In this document: one piece after another, positions 23,408 through 36,131 of the stretch
How the letters are laid out: each line of letters starts with the position of its first letter
Numbering within the stretch: position 1 is the first letter of the stretch
Assembly: GCF_006345805.1 (NCBI RefSeq)
Contig: NC_042998.1
Location: forward strand, 930,001 to 994,000
DNA from: Octopus sinensis
Lineage: Eukaryota
Length of the DNA: 64,000 nt
Direction of reading: 5' to 3'
Made by a program: the position numbers and the translations under genes
The notes under the pieces: model-generated
Told to the model about the DNA's origin: nothing
Database searches by the model: none
What the model saw: only the letters and a program-made list of their open reading frames with translations

Positions 23408-23827
23408 TTTACTTGCTTCAATCATTTGACTGCGGCCATGCTGGATCACCGCCTTTAGTCGAAGAAATCGACCCCAGGACTTATTCTTTGTAAGCCTAGT
23501 ACTTATTGTGTCGGTTCTTTTGCCGAACCGCTAAGCCACGTACACATAAAATCACCAACATCGATTGTCAAATAATGGTGGGGTACACACACACACACAC
23601 ACACACACATACAAACATACACACACACACACGCGCGCACGCACACACACACACACATATATATGACGGGCTTCTTTCAGTTTCCTTTTACCAAATCCAC
23701 TCCCAAGGATTTGGTCGGCCCGACGCTATAATAGAAAACACTTGCCTAAGTTGCCGCGCAGTGGGGCCGAACCCAGAACTATGTGGTTCGGAAGCAAGCG
23801 TCTTAGCATACAGCCACGCCTGCGCCT
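23408..23827 (-). mobile_element. S2 bipartite SINE
   Basis: Reverse complement of the 56762-57232 type; (CA)n core. Confidence 0.85.
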
Positions 23828-24332
23828 GAGTAAAATATTTTAAAAGATTCCTTGTCTGAGACGTACCAGTGATAATGAACATAATTATTTTCCAGTGAGC
23901 CACTTTAAACACGGGATCACAACGGTGAAATGTCTGGGATTGAGTGGTCCGTGTGCAGTATAAAGGAACTCTATTAAAAGGGCTAAGTTAAAATGCATGT
24001 CATGACAACTAAAAAGAGATGGTCAATTGTAAAAAAACCCAAAAAACAGAGAGAACTATGCAATAGAATTCATAAATATGTATGTAGTAACCAGCCTTAG
24101 TGGATCATAGAGTGGAAGGTCAAGTAACTTCATTCAAATAGAACTACAGGTTTTCTGAACAAATTCTAGATGAGGATAAATAGAATACCATTTGACACCT
24201 GACCGACGTTTTGTTTTAGAGCGAAACGGTGTTAGCATTGCGTGGTGCCTCTCATATGAATGATGTTATTCATTATGGTAACTTCCTTGTTCTGGTTGAA
24301 TTATGTTTAATTTTTTTTTTTTTATACATACG

Positions 24333-24474
24333 TGGTAAGTAGCTTGCTTACCAACCATATGGTTCTGGGTTCAGCCCCACTGCGTGGTACCTTGGGCAAG
24401 TGTCTTCTACTATAGCCTCGGGCCGACCAAAGCCTTGTGAGTGAATTTGGTTGACGGAAACTGAAAGATGCCCG

Positions 24475-24525
<51 letters not shown>

Positions 24526-24970
24526 TGTATGTATGTATGAATGAATGAATGAATGTATGTATGTATGTATGTATGTATGTATGTATGTATGTATGTTTAG
24601 TTGCCAATTTTGTACAAGACGTTGTAGATCTTTAGCTGGGCTAAAAAGTCACATTCGATCACAGCACCAGTAACAGTTAAGCTTCGTGCAATGGCCATAC
24701 TCGATAACGAGGGGGCATCCATAATATACGTATGTACGTTTGTGTATGTGTATATGTTTGTGTGTCTGTGTTTGTCGCCCCAACATCGCTTGACAACCGA
24801 TGCTGATGTGTTTACGTCCCCGTAACTTAGCGGTTCGGTAAAATAGGCCGATAGAATAAGTACTAGGCTTACAAAAAATAAGTCCTGGGGTCGATTTGCT
24901 CGACTAAAGGTGGTGCTCCAGTATGGCCGCAGTAAAATGACTGAAGCAAGTAGAGTAATAAAAGAAAAGA
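24333..24970 (+). mobile_element. S2 bipartite SINE with enlarged core
   Basis: GTGGTAAGTAGCTTGCTTACCAACC head; (TA)/(TATG) core plus extra sequence; CR1-like tail. Confidence 0.85.
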
Positions 24971-26366
24971 ATACGTATGAGGACTCTAAAAGAAAGATTT
25001 TGATAGAACGGTATTTATCAGTTGAATCACAAAATATTCTTCTCCTCTTCAAAGTAATCCCTTTGTTAGCTTTTGATGCTGCATTAAATACGTTAACAGT
25101 CACTGTATTGTATGTTGAGCTGGATCAAACCCATTTTGAAGCAGCAATAATTCGTGTTTGTGTGTGTGTGTGTGCGTGTGTGCGTTCGCGTATGTGTGTG
25201 TTTGTATGTCTGTATGTGCGTGTTTGTGTGTGTGTTTGTGCATGTGTATGTGCGTGTGTATATATATATATATATATTTCTACATACCTACATTTATAAT
25301 ATATATATATACATATATATATATTTATGCATAGCTACATTTATAATATATATATACATATATATATATTTCTACATACCTACATTCATAATATATATAT
25401 ATTTATGCATAGCTACATTTATAAACGCACACACACACACGTGCACACGTTCATGCATATGTTCCAAGACTATCATTTATTAGTTATATTCTAGACATAT
25501 TTAATTTCATAATTTAAGTTAAATATGTAGTAAAATATTATACAATCCTAAATAAGACTTAGTCCTTAAATAAATAGAAATGATTATCTTGCCCCATTAG
25601 AGCGCCATTATGAAATATTTTGTCGCATTTAATTACGGCCCCTTTACGTTACGATTTCAAGTCCTGCTCCTCTTCTCTTTGCAGTTCACCTTTCAAAGGT
25701 CAACAAAAATAAGTAACGTTCGACCGAATGAATAAAAGTGGGGGATATAATCCATTATACCCTACAAGACGGTGTCCCAGCATAGCTACAGTCCAAAACT
25801 GAAGTCAGAAACAGAATATAAGACTAAAATTAATATCTGCAGTTCGTAGGCTGAGAGTGTTAACCTCTCATGCTTTGTACCTAGGATCATGTAATAGATT
25901 TAACAAGATAGAAATCTTTCACAGGCTTTATTATTAGGCAGAAAGCTTGAGGTAATAAATTACCGAATCCAGATATCTTTGTTGATAGGGGTTGTGGGTA
26001 ATGAGAATATTATTAGAGGTGGTCGATGTGGAAGCGCTAGTTTGTCAGGTGGTCGTTGATGATGATAATGATGATGATAGTAGCAAGGGGACAAGTATTT
26101 GTAGCGTTGCCAGCAGAGTTTGTGTTGTTGCAACGATGTCAGCGTAGCGTTTTTGTTGGTGCAATGGTGTAGCAGCGAGTGATGGGAGCCTACTCTGCTT
26201 GCAATAAGGGTGTTGGTAAATTTGGTGGCGACAGTATCGTAGCTGTATTTATATTGTGGATTGTGGCAGTTGTTGTTGTTGTGGTTTGCGGAATGAATTT
26301 AGTGGTTGTTCTAATAATTTTAGAGTAGTGATTATGGTGGTTGTTTTATTGTTGCTGATAGGGTTG

Positions 26367-26367
26367 G

Positions 26368-26430
<63 letters not shown>

Positions 26431-26434
26431 TGTG

Positions 26435-26466
<32 letters not shown>

Positions 26467-26641
26467 CATACATACATATATATATACACATACATATATA
26501 TTATATATATATATATATATGCATATATATATATGTGTGTGTGTGCGTGTGTATATATACTTATATGCATGTATCTATATACGTATTGCATATGTCTATG
26601 TTTGTACATGTATGCATATATATATGCTTTTACATGCATAC

Positions 26642-26731
<90 letters not shown>

Positions 26732-26770
26732 TTATGCATACATATATACATGTGTATGTATGTGTGTGTG
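26367..26770. repeat. Compound (AT)/(GT) microsatellite field
   Basis: Read directly. Confidence 0.95.
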
Positions 26771-27195
26771 AGTATCTGTTTGAAGTCTGTCCTGAAGGAG
26801 AGATTGAAAATTAATATTGACTTACACAAGATGAGTCATAGGACAATATAAAACAGGAGATGAATTCTGGCAAAAGGAATCCATTTTAGATAGAATCATT
26901 TGAACAACACAAGATGGTAAATCAAAAAAGTATAGTATAAAGGAAAATAAATAAATAGAATTATTGGAGAATTGTTTAAACTTCCTCTGACATTGTACAA
27001 AGATTGGAAAGTAAAATGGCGGAGTGTTAGCTTCGTATCGATCTCATTGATATTTCGATCGAAGCTAAAAGTTTTTGCAGTGTTAACTGTTACAGATCAC
27101 ATTTTTAGCCTTTCAGTGACAAATCCGATTTTCTCGATGCTTCTTCTTCTGTTTGTAATATGAAAAGGAACACACGTGTACACACACACAATACC

Positions 27196-27281
<86 letters not shown>

Positions 27282-27499
27282 GCATATACACATATGTTTC
27301 TATATATATATATATATATAGATATATGCAGACATATTTACATGTAGGAATAGTCGGAAAGAGAAAGATTGCAATATATTGGATATCGATTTTTATCAAA
27401 GTTGTCCGCCTCATTGTATGAGATAATGAATAATCAGTCGAGATTTGAATTTAGAAGTGTCGGTGGATAGATGTCAATGGAGGATATAAGATAGTATTT

Positions 27500-27541
27500 G
27501 GTTAAGCACCCGCTAAGGTCGACCCTAGCGGGTGCTTAACC
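27500..27541. other. 42-bp loopless palindrome
   Basis: GGTTAAGCACCCGCTAAGGTCGACCCTAGCGGGTGCTTAACC, one mismatch. Confidence 0.9.
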
Positions 27542-28863
27542 TTTATTGGATATTTTCATCCTTAGTATAATCTTGTGCACTGTTCAAATATGCTTAAAAT
27601 ATATTCGCGTCACTAATAAAGCCATTCCCTGCTTTTGTCATGGAGAAACATTTTCGCTGCAGACTAAAGAGTTTAAACATACTAAGTCAGTCCGTGGCAT
27701 CCTCTACCCTAGTCGATGGATGTATGCATTTCGGTGTAGTTATCCTCTCTTCAGCATCGAATACTGACGAGAAAGACGCTCCGAACTGACTACGAGGGAT
27801 CAGTTCTCTCGTATTATATTCCAGTCAAACTACTGCGACTGGTTGCGCTAATCGATGGCACGGTTGTTTTAAAATACGGATTAAAAGCGCCAAGCAGTTT
27901 TATATGCAAATATAAACTTGTTACCAGTTCAAATATGCTTCAGATATATTAGAACCCATATGAAAGCCATTCACTGCATCTTGTCATGGAGAAAAATATT
28001 TGTCGTAGACAAAAATATTAGTCCGTGGACCCCTCCAACCCCAATCTTTGTGACTTGCTAGCAGATTTTAAAGCAAGGGGGTCATAGCGAAAAAAAATGC
28101 TTGGAACTGGAGGAGAATGAAACAAATTAAAATCATCTTTAGTATTTAAAATCTATTTCCCGGTTTTGTAGAAGTTTAATAAAACTTGGAGAAAGTTGTC
28201 ATAATTTTTGTTCTGAATCCTGAAATCCTTCAGATGATACGAAAGAAGAAATTTTCTATTTCGCAAGTTTCGATTGAGTTTTCTCAAATGGAAATATTTG
28301 TGGCAACAGTTCCAAGACTACGTAGAATAGAACGAATAACATATCCAACATGCTGTAGGCTTCTCAATGGAAATATTAAAACCAACAGTGCAGAGAATAA
28401 TCAAAACCGAATGAGTAAAATATCGAACAAGTCAGTAAGTTCTAACTAGTTTTAGTGGTTTCTATAGTTTACAGTAAATGTTCAATAATTTAAAGACGAG
28501 ACTTGTTTGATTGCCAATTTAAACTTCTTCAGCAGTTCAAAGGCACAAATACAAGACTTCTAAAGGATGTCTACAAATATATCATGGTTGGGGTCGATTG
28601 ATGTTCGACTTGTGACTTGATGCCTGTAGGGAAGGCGGGAACAGAAAATGACTTTTAAAAGAGTCTGGTTCAGGGAAGGAGAAAATGAGCCAAGTACTTA
28701 ATAAAGTTTTTTGGGGTGGGACACAACAGAAACACGGCAGAGAGCAGGACTTTTGGTTTTATAATTTTATATTTCTTTTATTATTGGTGCAACGCTGGCA
28801 AGGCTATCAGAAGGTTCAGTTCAAGGGGACATAATAACGATAATAATAATAATAATAATAATA

Positions 28864-29212
28864 ATGACAACGTGTCTCTAAAAGAAATGGAGAAACTCTC
28901 AAAATACAAAGACCTGGAAATAGAGGTAACTAGAATGTGGAATCTGAAAACAGAAACAATTCCTATCATAGTAGGTGCATTAGGCATGATAAAAAAAATA
29001 TTCAGACAAATACATAACAAAAACACCAGGACTTACAAACACATATAACATACAGAAAATTGCACTACTAGGCACTGCACACATCCTACGCAGAACACTT
29101 TCCATACAATAACCATCAGAGCATCACAACAAACCACAGCACATACCCAAGGCACACAGAGCTGCGCTCGGTAGTGAAGTGAAAGCACGCTATAAAAATA
29201 AAAATAAAACTA

Positions 29213-29217
<5 letters not shown>
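28864..29217 (+). mobile_element. R4/Dong-like subfamily A, short 3' fragment
   Basis: DNVSLKEMEKLSKYKDLEIEV.. and 3' UTR nearly identical to 193-545; flanked by TAA repeats. Confidence 0.9.
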
Positions 29218-29260
<43 letters not shown>

Positions 29261-29263
<3 letters not shown>

Positions 29264-30483
29264 GAGGGAGGCAATAACAATGAAGATTGCTACAATTGGC
29301 CTAGACACCTACCTGAAAAACTCTGAGGACTGGATGTTAAAACTTGTCTCAAAACGTGAAAACAAGAAAGCATCATACTCAGTAACAAAACAGGCAAAGG
29401 AATATCTAAGTGAATTCCGAATACAACAAATTTCGGAATTAGAGATAGACATACAAGAAACAGGCACAGAAAAAGCTAAGCGCATGAAAACCAGTGCTAA
29501 ACCTGCGGCCTTAGATATTCTGAATGATAAATGGCAAGAAAAACCTCTCTATGGCAAATACCCAAAGAGAGCAAATAATGCAGATGTTGAAAAAGCCCTG
29601 ACCCTTCAATGGCTAATGGCCTCTGGCTTAAAATCTGAAACAGAGGGGTTTATCATAGCAGCTCAAGATCAATGCCTACCAACAAGAAACTACCAGGCCA
29701 ACATATTACAGATCAGCAGCAGTCCAACGTATCGTGTATGCCAGCAACAAAATGAAACCATTGATCACGTGGTCTCCAAGTGCAGTCTTCTAGCGCCTAC
29801 AGAGTATCTCAACAGGCACGATAGAGCTGCACAATATATTCACTGGGTAATCTGAAAAAACCTGGATTTGCCCCATGAAAAAAACTGGTGGGAACACAAA
29901 CCACCCCCAGTGCTTGAAAAGGACCTATCTCACTCCTCTGGAACTTCACCATTCAAACTGACAGAAAGATAGATGCAAATAGGCCAGACATCATATTGAA
30001 AGACTTCAAACAAAGAACATTCCTCCTCATTGATATGACTGTCCCAATCGATATAAACGTATCTGTCAGGACCTACCAAAAACTGAGCAAATATAAAGAT
30101 TTTGAAATAGAAATCTGCAAAATGTGGAACCTGAAGACTAAAACAATACATGTTGTCATAGGTGCCCTGGGAATGATAGCAAAAGGGGCTGATAGCTACC
30201 TAACTCAGATACCAGGAAACCCAAAAATGGCAGAAATTCAAAAGATGGTGCTCATGGGAACTGCTCATATCCTACGCAAAATACTTTCTATGTAATCTCA
30301 AGGTTTAAAACAAACATTTTTTTTTTCATTTTTTTTAGACATCCACCAGTACAACACAAAAAACAACCAAATATATGGCACACTAGGCATAAAAACAACG
30401 TGAACTTCCAACCTGTTGTCTCTTGAGGTCTCCGGGTGAGACTTGGAGCCAAATTGTACAAATATAAAGCAAAAGTCAAACAT
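29261..30483 (+). mobile_element. R4/Dong-like subfamily B, 3' fragment
   Basis: ORFs 29280-29855 and 29996-30295 are highly similar to 967-2250; premature stop and frameshift; TAA tail. Confidence 0.92.
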
Positions 30484-30509
30484 ATAATAATAATAATGAT
30501 AATAATAAA

Positions 30510-31150
<641 letters not shown>

Positions 31151-31566
31151 AAAGTCAGCGAGTGAAATGAATTGTACTTATTGGCTAAAGACAACCAGTT
31201 TTGGAAGCAGTGTATAATGCATTCATTTGTGTGATGCAACTAACAGCATTGTCCCAGATATTGAAGCAACCACACAACGTGGAGCCGAATTTATGCTTTA
31301 GAGACCATCAGTCGCTAATGGTGTCTGGTCGGAACCGTTTTTCTGACCTTGAATGGGAAACCTAATATTTGAAAGTTTCGAAAATATTACAGATGTGTTA
31401 GCTGTCCTGAATGATCTGTAAGGGTTTCTCATGTCAAGTATTCTTAGTAAAGCGAAAGATTTTAGTTGTGATGTCCGCAGAGTGAGAGTAGCACAGTGCA
31501 ATGGCAGCGGCTGCATTTCTTTGATACGCAACATGCTCGAGCTTTGCTGCTGTTACTTCACCTAGA

Positions 31567-31571
31567 ATATA

Positions 31572-31621
<50 letters not shown>

Positions 31622-31656
31622 AGTATACAATTATATATATATATATGTAAGTATAC

Positions 31657-31687
<31 letters not shown>

Positions 31688-31805
31688 TACAATTATATAT
31701 ATATATGTAAGTATACAATTATATATATATATGTATATATATATGTATGTATGTATTATATATATACTATATACATATATATACACGCATATATATATAT
31801 ATACA

Positions 31806-31851
<46 letters not shown>

Positions 31852-31993
31852 TGTATGTATATATAAGCATTAAACAAGTCAGACCAAGCCATTAATATTA
31901 ATACTTAAAGCTCTCTCTCTGAAATTATCTTTCTCTCTTTATGCTTGCGTCAGATAATGTATTCAATTTTTGTGAATATATATATATATATAT

Positions 31994-32065
<72 letters not shown>

Positions 32066-32070
32066 GTATT
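31567..32070. repeat. (AT)n field with a repeated TATGTAAGTATACAATTA unit
   Basis: Read directly. Confidence 0.9.
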
Positions 32071-32949
32071 TATGTATATACATATGTATATACGTGTGTG
32101 AGCGTGTGCATGTGTGCATGCGTGCATATAGAAGGATTGTTAATGTGTATTTTAACAGGCTTATAACCTTATTTCCACAACTTTCTGCAATCGTAAATGT
32201 ATACAGAGTGAGTTATATCTGCTAGTTTAATGTGTACTAATTGGAATACTATACGAAAATCTCGCCTAAGCCCTTCAGCCGTGAGATTTTAATGAGTCTG
32301 TAAGTCAATGGAGAAGTTTTTCACTGTTTATTGTAAGCAGCTGGTGTTTAACCATTTTCCTCGCTACCAATTCTCCGTGACGGGTAGACAGAAAATCTAA
32401 ACGGTTCTGAGGAAATGGCAAACAAAAACAAGAGGTGAACGCGCAATGACAACGCTTAACATTTGCTCTTGATAGCGTATATATACGTAAGCGCCCACAG
32501 CCTCAAAGACACTCATCTCTCTCTGTCCTCCCTTCCTCTCTCTCTGTCTTAAACTCTATCTAAATATATGTGATTATATGTGTGTGTGTGCGTGTGTGTG
32601 TGTGTGCATTATAATTCCAGTTTATAATGGATTATGAAACATAAGTGAGGAAAATATATAAACTTGCCCCTTATCATCATCAGCATCAGCATCATCAACA
32701 TCGTCGTCGTCAACATCATCATCGTTATCATCATTAACATCATCATCGGTGTCGCCGTCTTCCCATCCTCCTTTTCCTTATCGGGATCTTCATACTTATC
32801 ATCCCCGTCCACATTACCATGGTAACTCTTTTCAGACGTTCAAAGTAACAAGTGTAATTGTCATTCATGCTCATATTATTTTTACCGCTAGATATTCTTT
32901 CTTTCTTCGCACCCCGTCTCTCTCTCCTCTCTCTCTCTCACTCTCTTTC

Positions 32950-32979
<30 letters not shown>

Positions 32980-32984
<5 letters not shown>

Positions 32985-33173
32985 GTAAAATGTGACAATT
33001 ATTCGGTAGCCATGATAAAACTCCGAGTTTCGGATGTCGGGGTGGAAATCCACGCCGCTATCTCTTCAGTTATCCACCCACAATTGAAGAGATGGCGGCG
33101 TGGATTTCCACCCCGATATCTGAAACTCGGAGTTTTATCATGGCTACCGAATAATTGTCACATATTACATTTA
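32980..33173. mobile_element. Foldback element, 92-bp arms with 10-nt loop
   Basis: Arms 32980-33071 and 33082-33173 are near-perfect reverse complements. Confidence 0.8.
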
Positions 33174-33659
33174 CAGATAAATTCCGCTATTTACATAATA
33201 TCGAGGTCTCTTTCATTCTTTTGTTGTCTTACCATTTCTATCAATATATATATATATATATATAATGCATGTATGAATAAAATCAAAATAAGCAACAGGA
33301 TATCAAGTAGTAATGCAGTACGACCGTTTCAAGCAGCTGCATTTAATTGAAGAATGCAATCATTACATCAGTTTAAATGCAATGCCATCTTCAGCTGCAC
33401 AAATAAATAAATAGAATTTTAACTAACAGGACACATTAATATAATATTTCTCAAATATTTTAACAGAGCTAAAAGATGGAAGAAATTCATGTCGTCGCTA
33501 TTGTAGCTAAGAATAGACTACACTTCCAAGAATCGCCTGAAGCCTATTGAGGTCATAGTGTTGTAAGGGATTGTACATGTATGTATGTATGTATGTATGT
33601 ATGTATGTATGTATGTATGTATGTACTGAAACACACACACATATATGTGTGTGTGTACG

Positions 33660-33694
<35 letters not shown>

Positions 33695-35340
33695 CAGAGA
33701 GATAGACAGACAGATTGATAGATAGATAAATAGATAGATACATAGATATAGAGATAGATAGACAGGAAGAGAGAGAGAGAGATTAACACGTCGTTTATTG
33801 ACAAGTTGCAAGTGATATACTTTATAATGGCTGGATTGTTTTTCCTGTTCACTCAGTTTAAAAATTTTCTTCCACTTATGTCGTTGCAGAAAAAAGTCAC
33901 TGAAGAAAGACTTAATGAAGTGCGAATGAACAAACATATAAATGAACGCCAATTTTAGCTCGTAAATATTTAAAATATTTAATGTAATATCATTTTTCAA
34001 GACTCACGTCGTAAAATTAGTGTAATTGCATTTAAAAGATTGGCAGAAAAGTGAATAATTGAAAAAAAAAACAAAGCAAAATCTACAGTGTTACTATATT
34101 TGAATTTCTCTTCGAAACGAGGCCACTGTCAGTTATTTATATTGCTATTCAAGCATAGAATGAAAGTACTATGATACAGAAACATATAAATTCTGTCGCA
34201 TTGCTCTAACATATTTATCCTGCCTGTCAAATAAAATTCTTCAGCTTTCTTCAACTTGTACAAATATCTAGAACTTGATCTGATTTCAGTCGTATCAGTT
34301 GTCAAGAAAAATTACCCGAAACTGAATTGAGCTGATAAAAGACCGGAAAGGGCAGAATAACACGAATTCTATGTCAAATTTTGGTCAGCAATACGAAAGA
34401 AATAATTCAAATTTGAAGAGAGGAAGCGAAACTTTATCTTTATGATGTTGGTTTTTAAACAGTGAGTTTCCTAAAAGATGTGAAATATTTCCTAAGTTGA
34501 AACGATTTTATAAAGTTCCCAGGTCTGAAATATCTGTGATAGTACAGAACAAAAGTAGCACGTTTAATCAGAGTACTATATCAGTATTGTCTTATGAGAT
34601 TACAACAGAAGTCCAAATAACCTAACTATAGATGACCGACTGGTTTTCTCTATTTACTTTGTATGTATTTATATAAAATATTTCCAGTCTGATTAAAACA
34701 TTTGAATAATCATTTTTCCAAAAACCAGCTATTATAACTATATTTATATACATATTGGTAGCATCCACGTATATATGTAGACGCGAGTGTGCATGGATAC
34801 ACTTTAGGATCTCCAATGCTAAACGCAGCGGGACGTAAAGGATGTAACAACAGACGAGAGATAAAGCGAGGCCTGTATCAGCACTCACCTGGTAATTAAC
34901 CTTTTGACTGCGTAATTAAACTTCATGCTCATTTCCGTAATGATGTTTATTATCCACCAAAAAAAAAGCCTCCTCTCCCAAGTATTAATATTTTCTGTTC
35001 CTACAATACTTTTCTAATGATAACATTTATATTAAACATAGATGTTCTGTTAGAACAGACTATACTGCGGTAGATACCATGAGAGAACCTCTCATATTGG
35101 CTTTCGGTGTAAAATGCACTGCTGTTTATATCGTTAACGGGCAAATAAATACCCGCCATTTCCAGCACCGAGATCACCAGATCACATGATTTCGAACCTC
35201 CTTGGTCTTATAAATGATAGACACCAGACGGCGTCCATCATTGATAAGGTCATTGAACCCTGGGATCGATGTAATCGACTTACTCACCCCATTCCAAACT
35301 TAATGGCGTGGTGCCAAGATTTGAAATGTTAACACTACTT

Positions 35341-35556
35341 AAGTCGGTGAGATGGCAAAATCGTTAGCACTCCGGGCAAAATGCTTAGCGGCATATCTTC
35401 TGTCTTTACATTCTGAGTTCAAATTCTGCCGAGGTCAACTTTGGCTTTTATCCTTTCGGGGTGTTAACATAAGTACCAATTGAATACTGGGATCGGTGTA
35501 ATCAATTTAACCCATTCCCCGATCTTGCTGGCCTTGTGCCAAAATTTGAAATTAAA
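35341..35556 (+). mobile_element. S1 SINE (preceded by an S1 3' fragment at ~35255-35335)
   Basis: Head, B-box and tail present. Confidence 0.85.
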
Positions 35557-36062
35557 ACTAACACTACTAATTGTTTTAAAATTAGGCGCAAGGCTGGTAA
35601 TTTTGAGGTAAGTGGTTTAGTTGACAGCATCGATCTCAGTACGGAGTTGGTATTAAGGTTTCTTTTATTTGCCTCAGCGAAAGAAGGAAATACAAAATAT
35701 ATCTCAGTAAAAGTAACAAGCAACGGGTAAAACGGCCACCATATCAATTCATCGTCTTTGCCATTGTCATTGTTAAGTAACCACTGTGGGTTTGTCAGCA
35801 TAAGCGTTAGGCTATGGGCAGGAGGTGATCATGGTGCACCACCCTTGTAATTTACTCTAATGGGTATTTTCGTGTAGCCCTGGGTCTAACAAACCAGAAA
35901 ATTGATGTCACCAGCAAAAAAACTGGGATGGAAGATACTACGCCCAGCTGGAGGCAGAAATTAGGGGTATGGAAAATTCAAACAGCTCTAACTTTGCAAC
36001 TCTTCGCCAAAGTATTTCAAATGACAACTTAAAATGATTGCCTGATCAAGGTCTACAAATTC

Positions 36063-36131
36063 ATGCAAATGATAAGCAAATTAATTCCGTAAAAAGGTCA
36101 CCATAGGTCAAAAGGTCACCAACTGTGACCT
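36063..36131. promoter_or_regulatory. Candidate motif cluster: octamer, GATA, four AGGTCA half-sites
   Basis: ATGCAAAT 36063-70; GATAAG 36071-76; AGGTCA at 36095, 36105 and 36113; TGACCT at 36126. Confidence 0.3.

Noticed and set aside
25990-26370. GT-rich low-complexity stretch as a coding exon (also 32680-32820, 59780-60300)
   Set aside because: Decayed trinucleotide repeats without splice or domain evidence.
27763-27812. Hammerhead-like CTGACGA...GAACTGA/TCAGTTC
   Set aside because: It lacks the fourth base of GAAA, and helices I and II do not form; more likely a simple hairpin.
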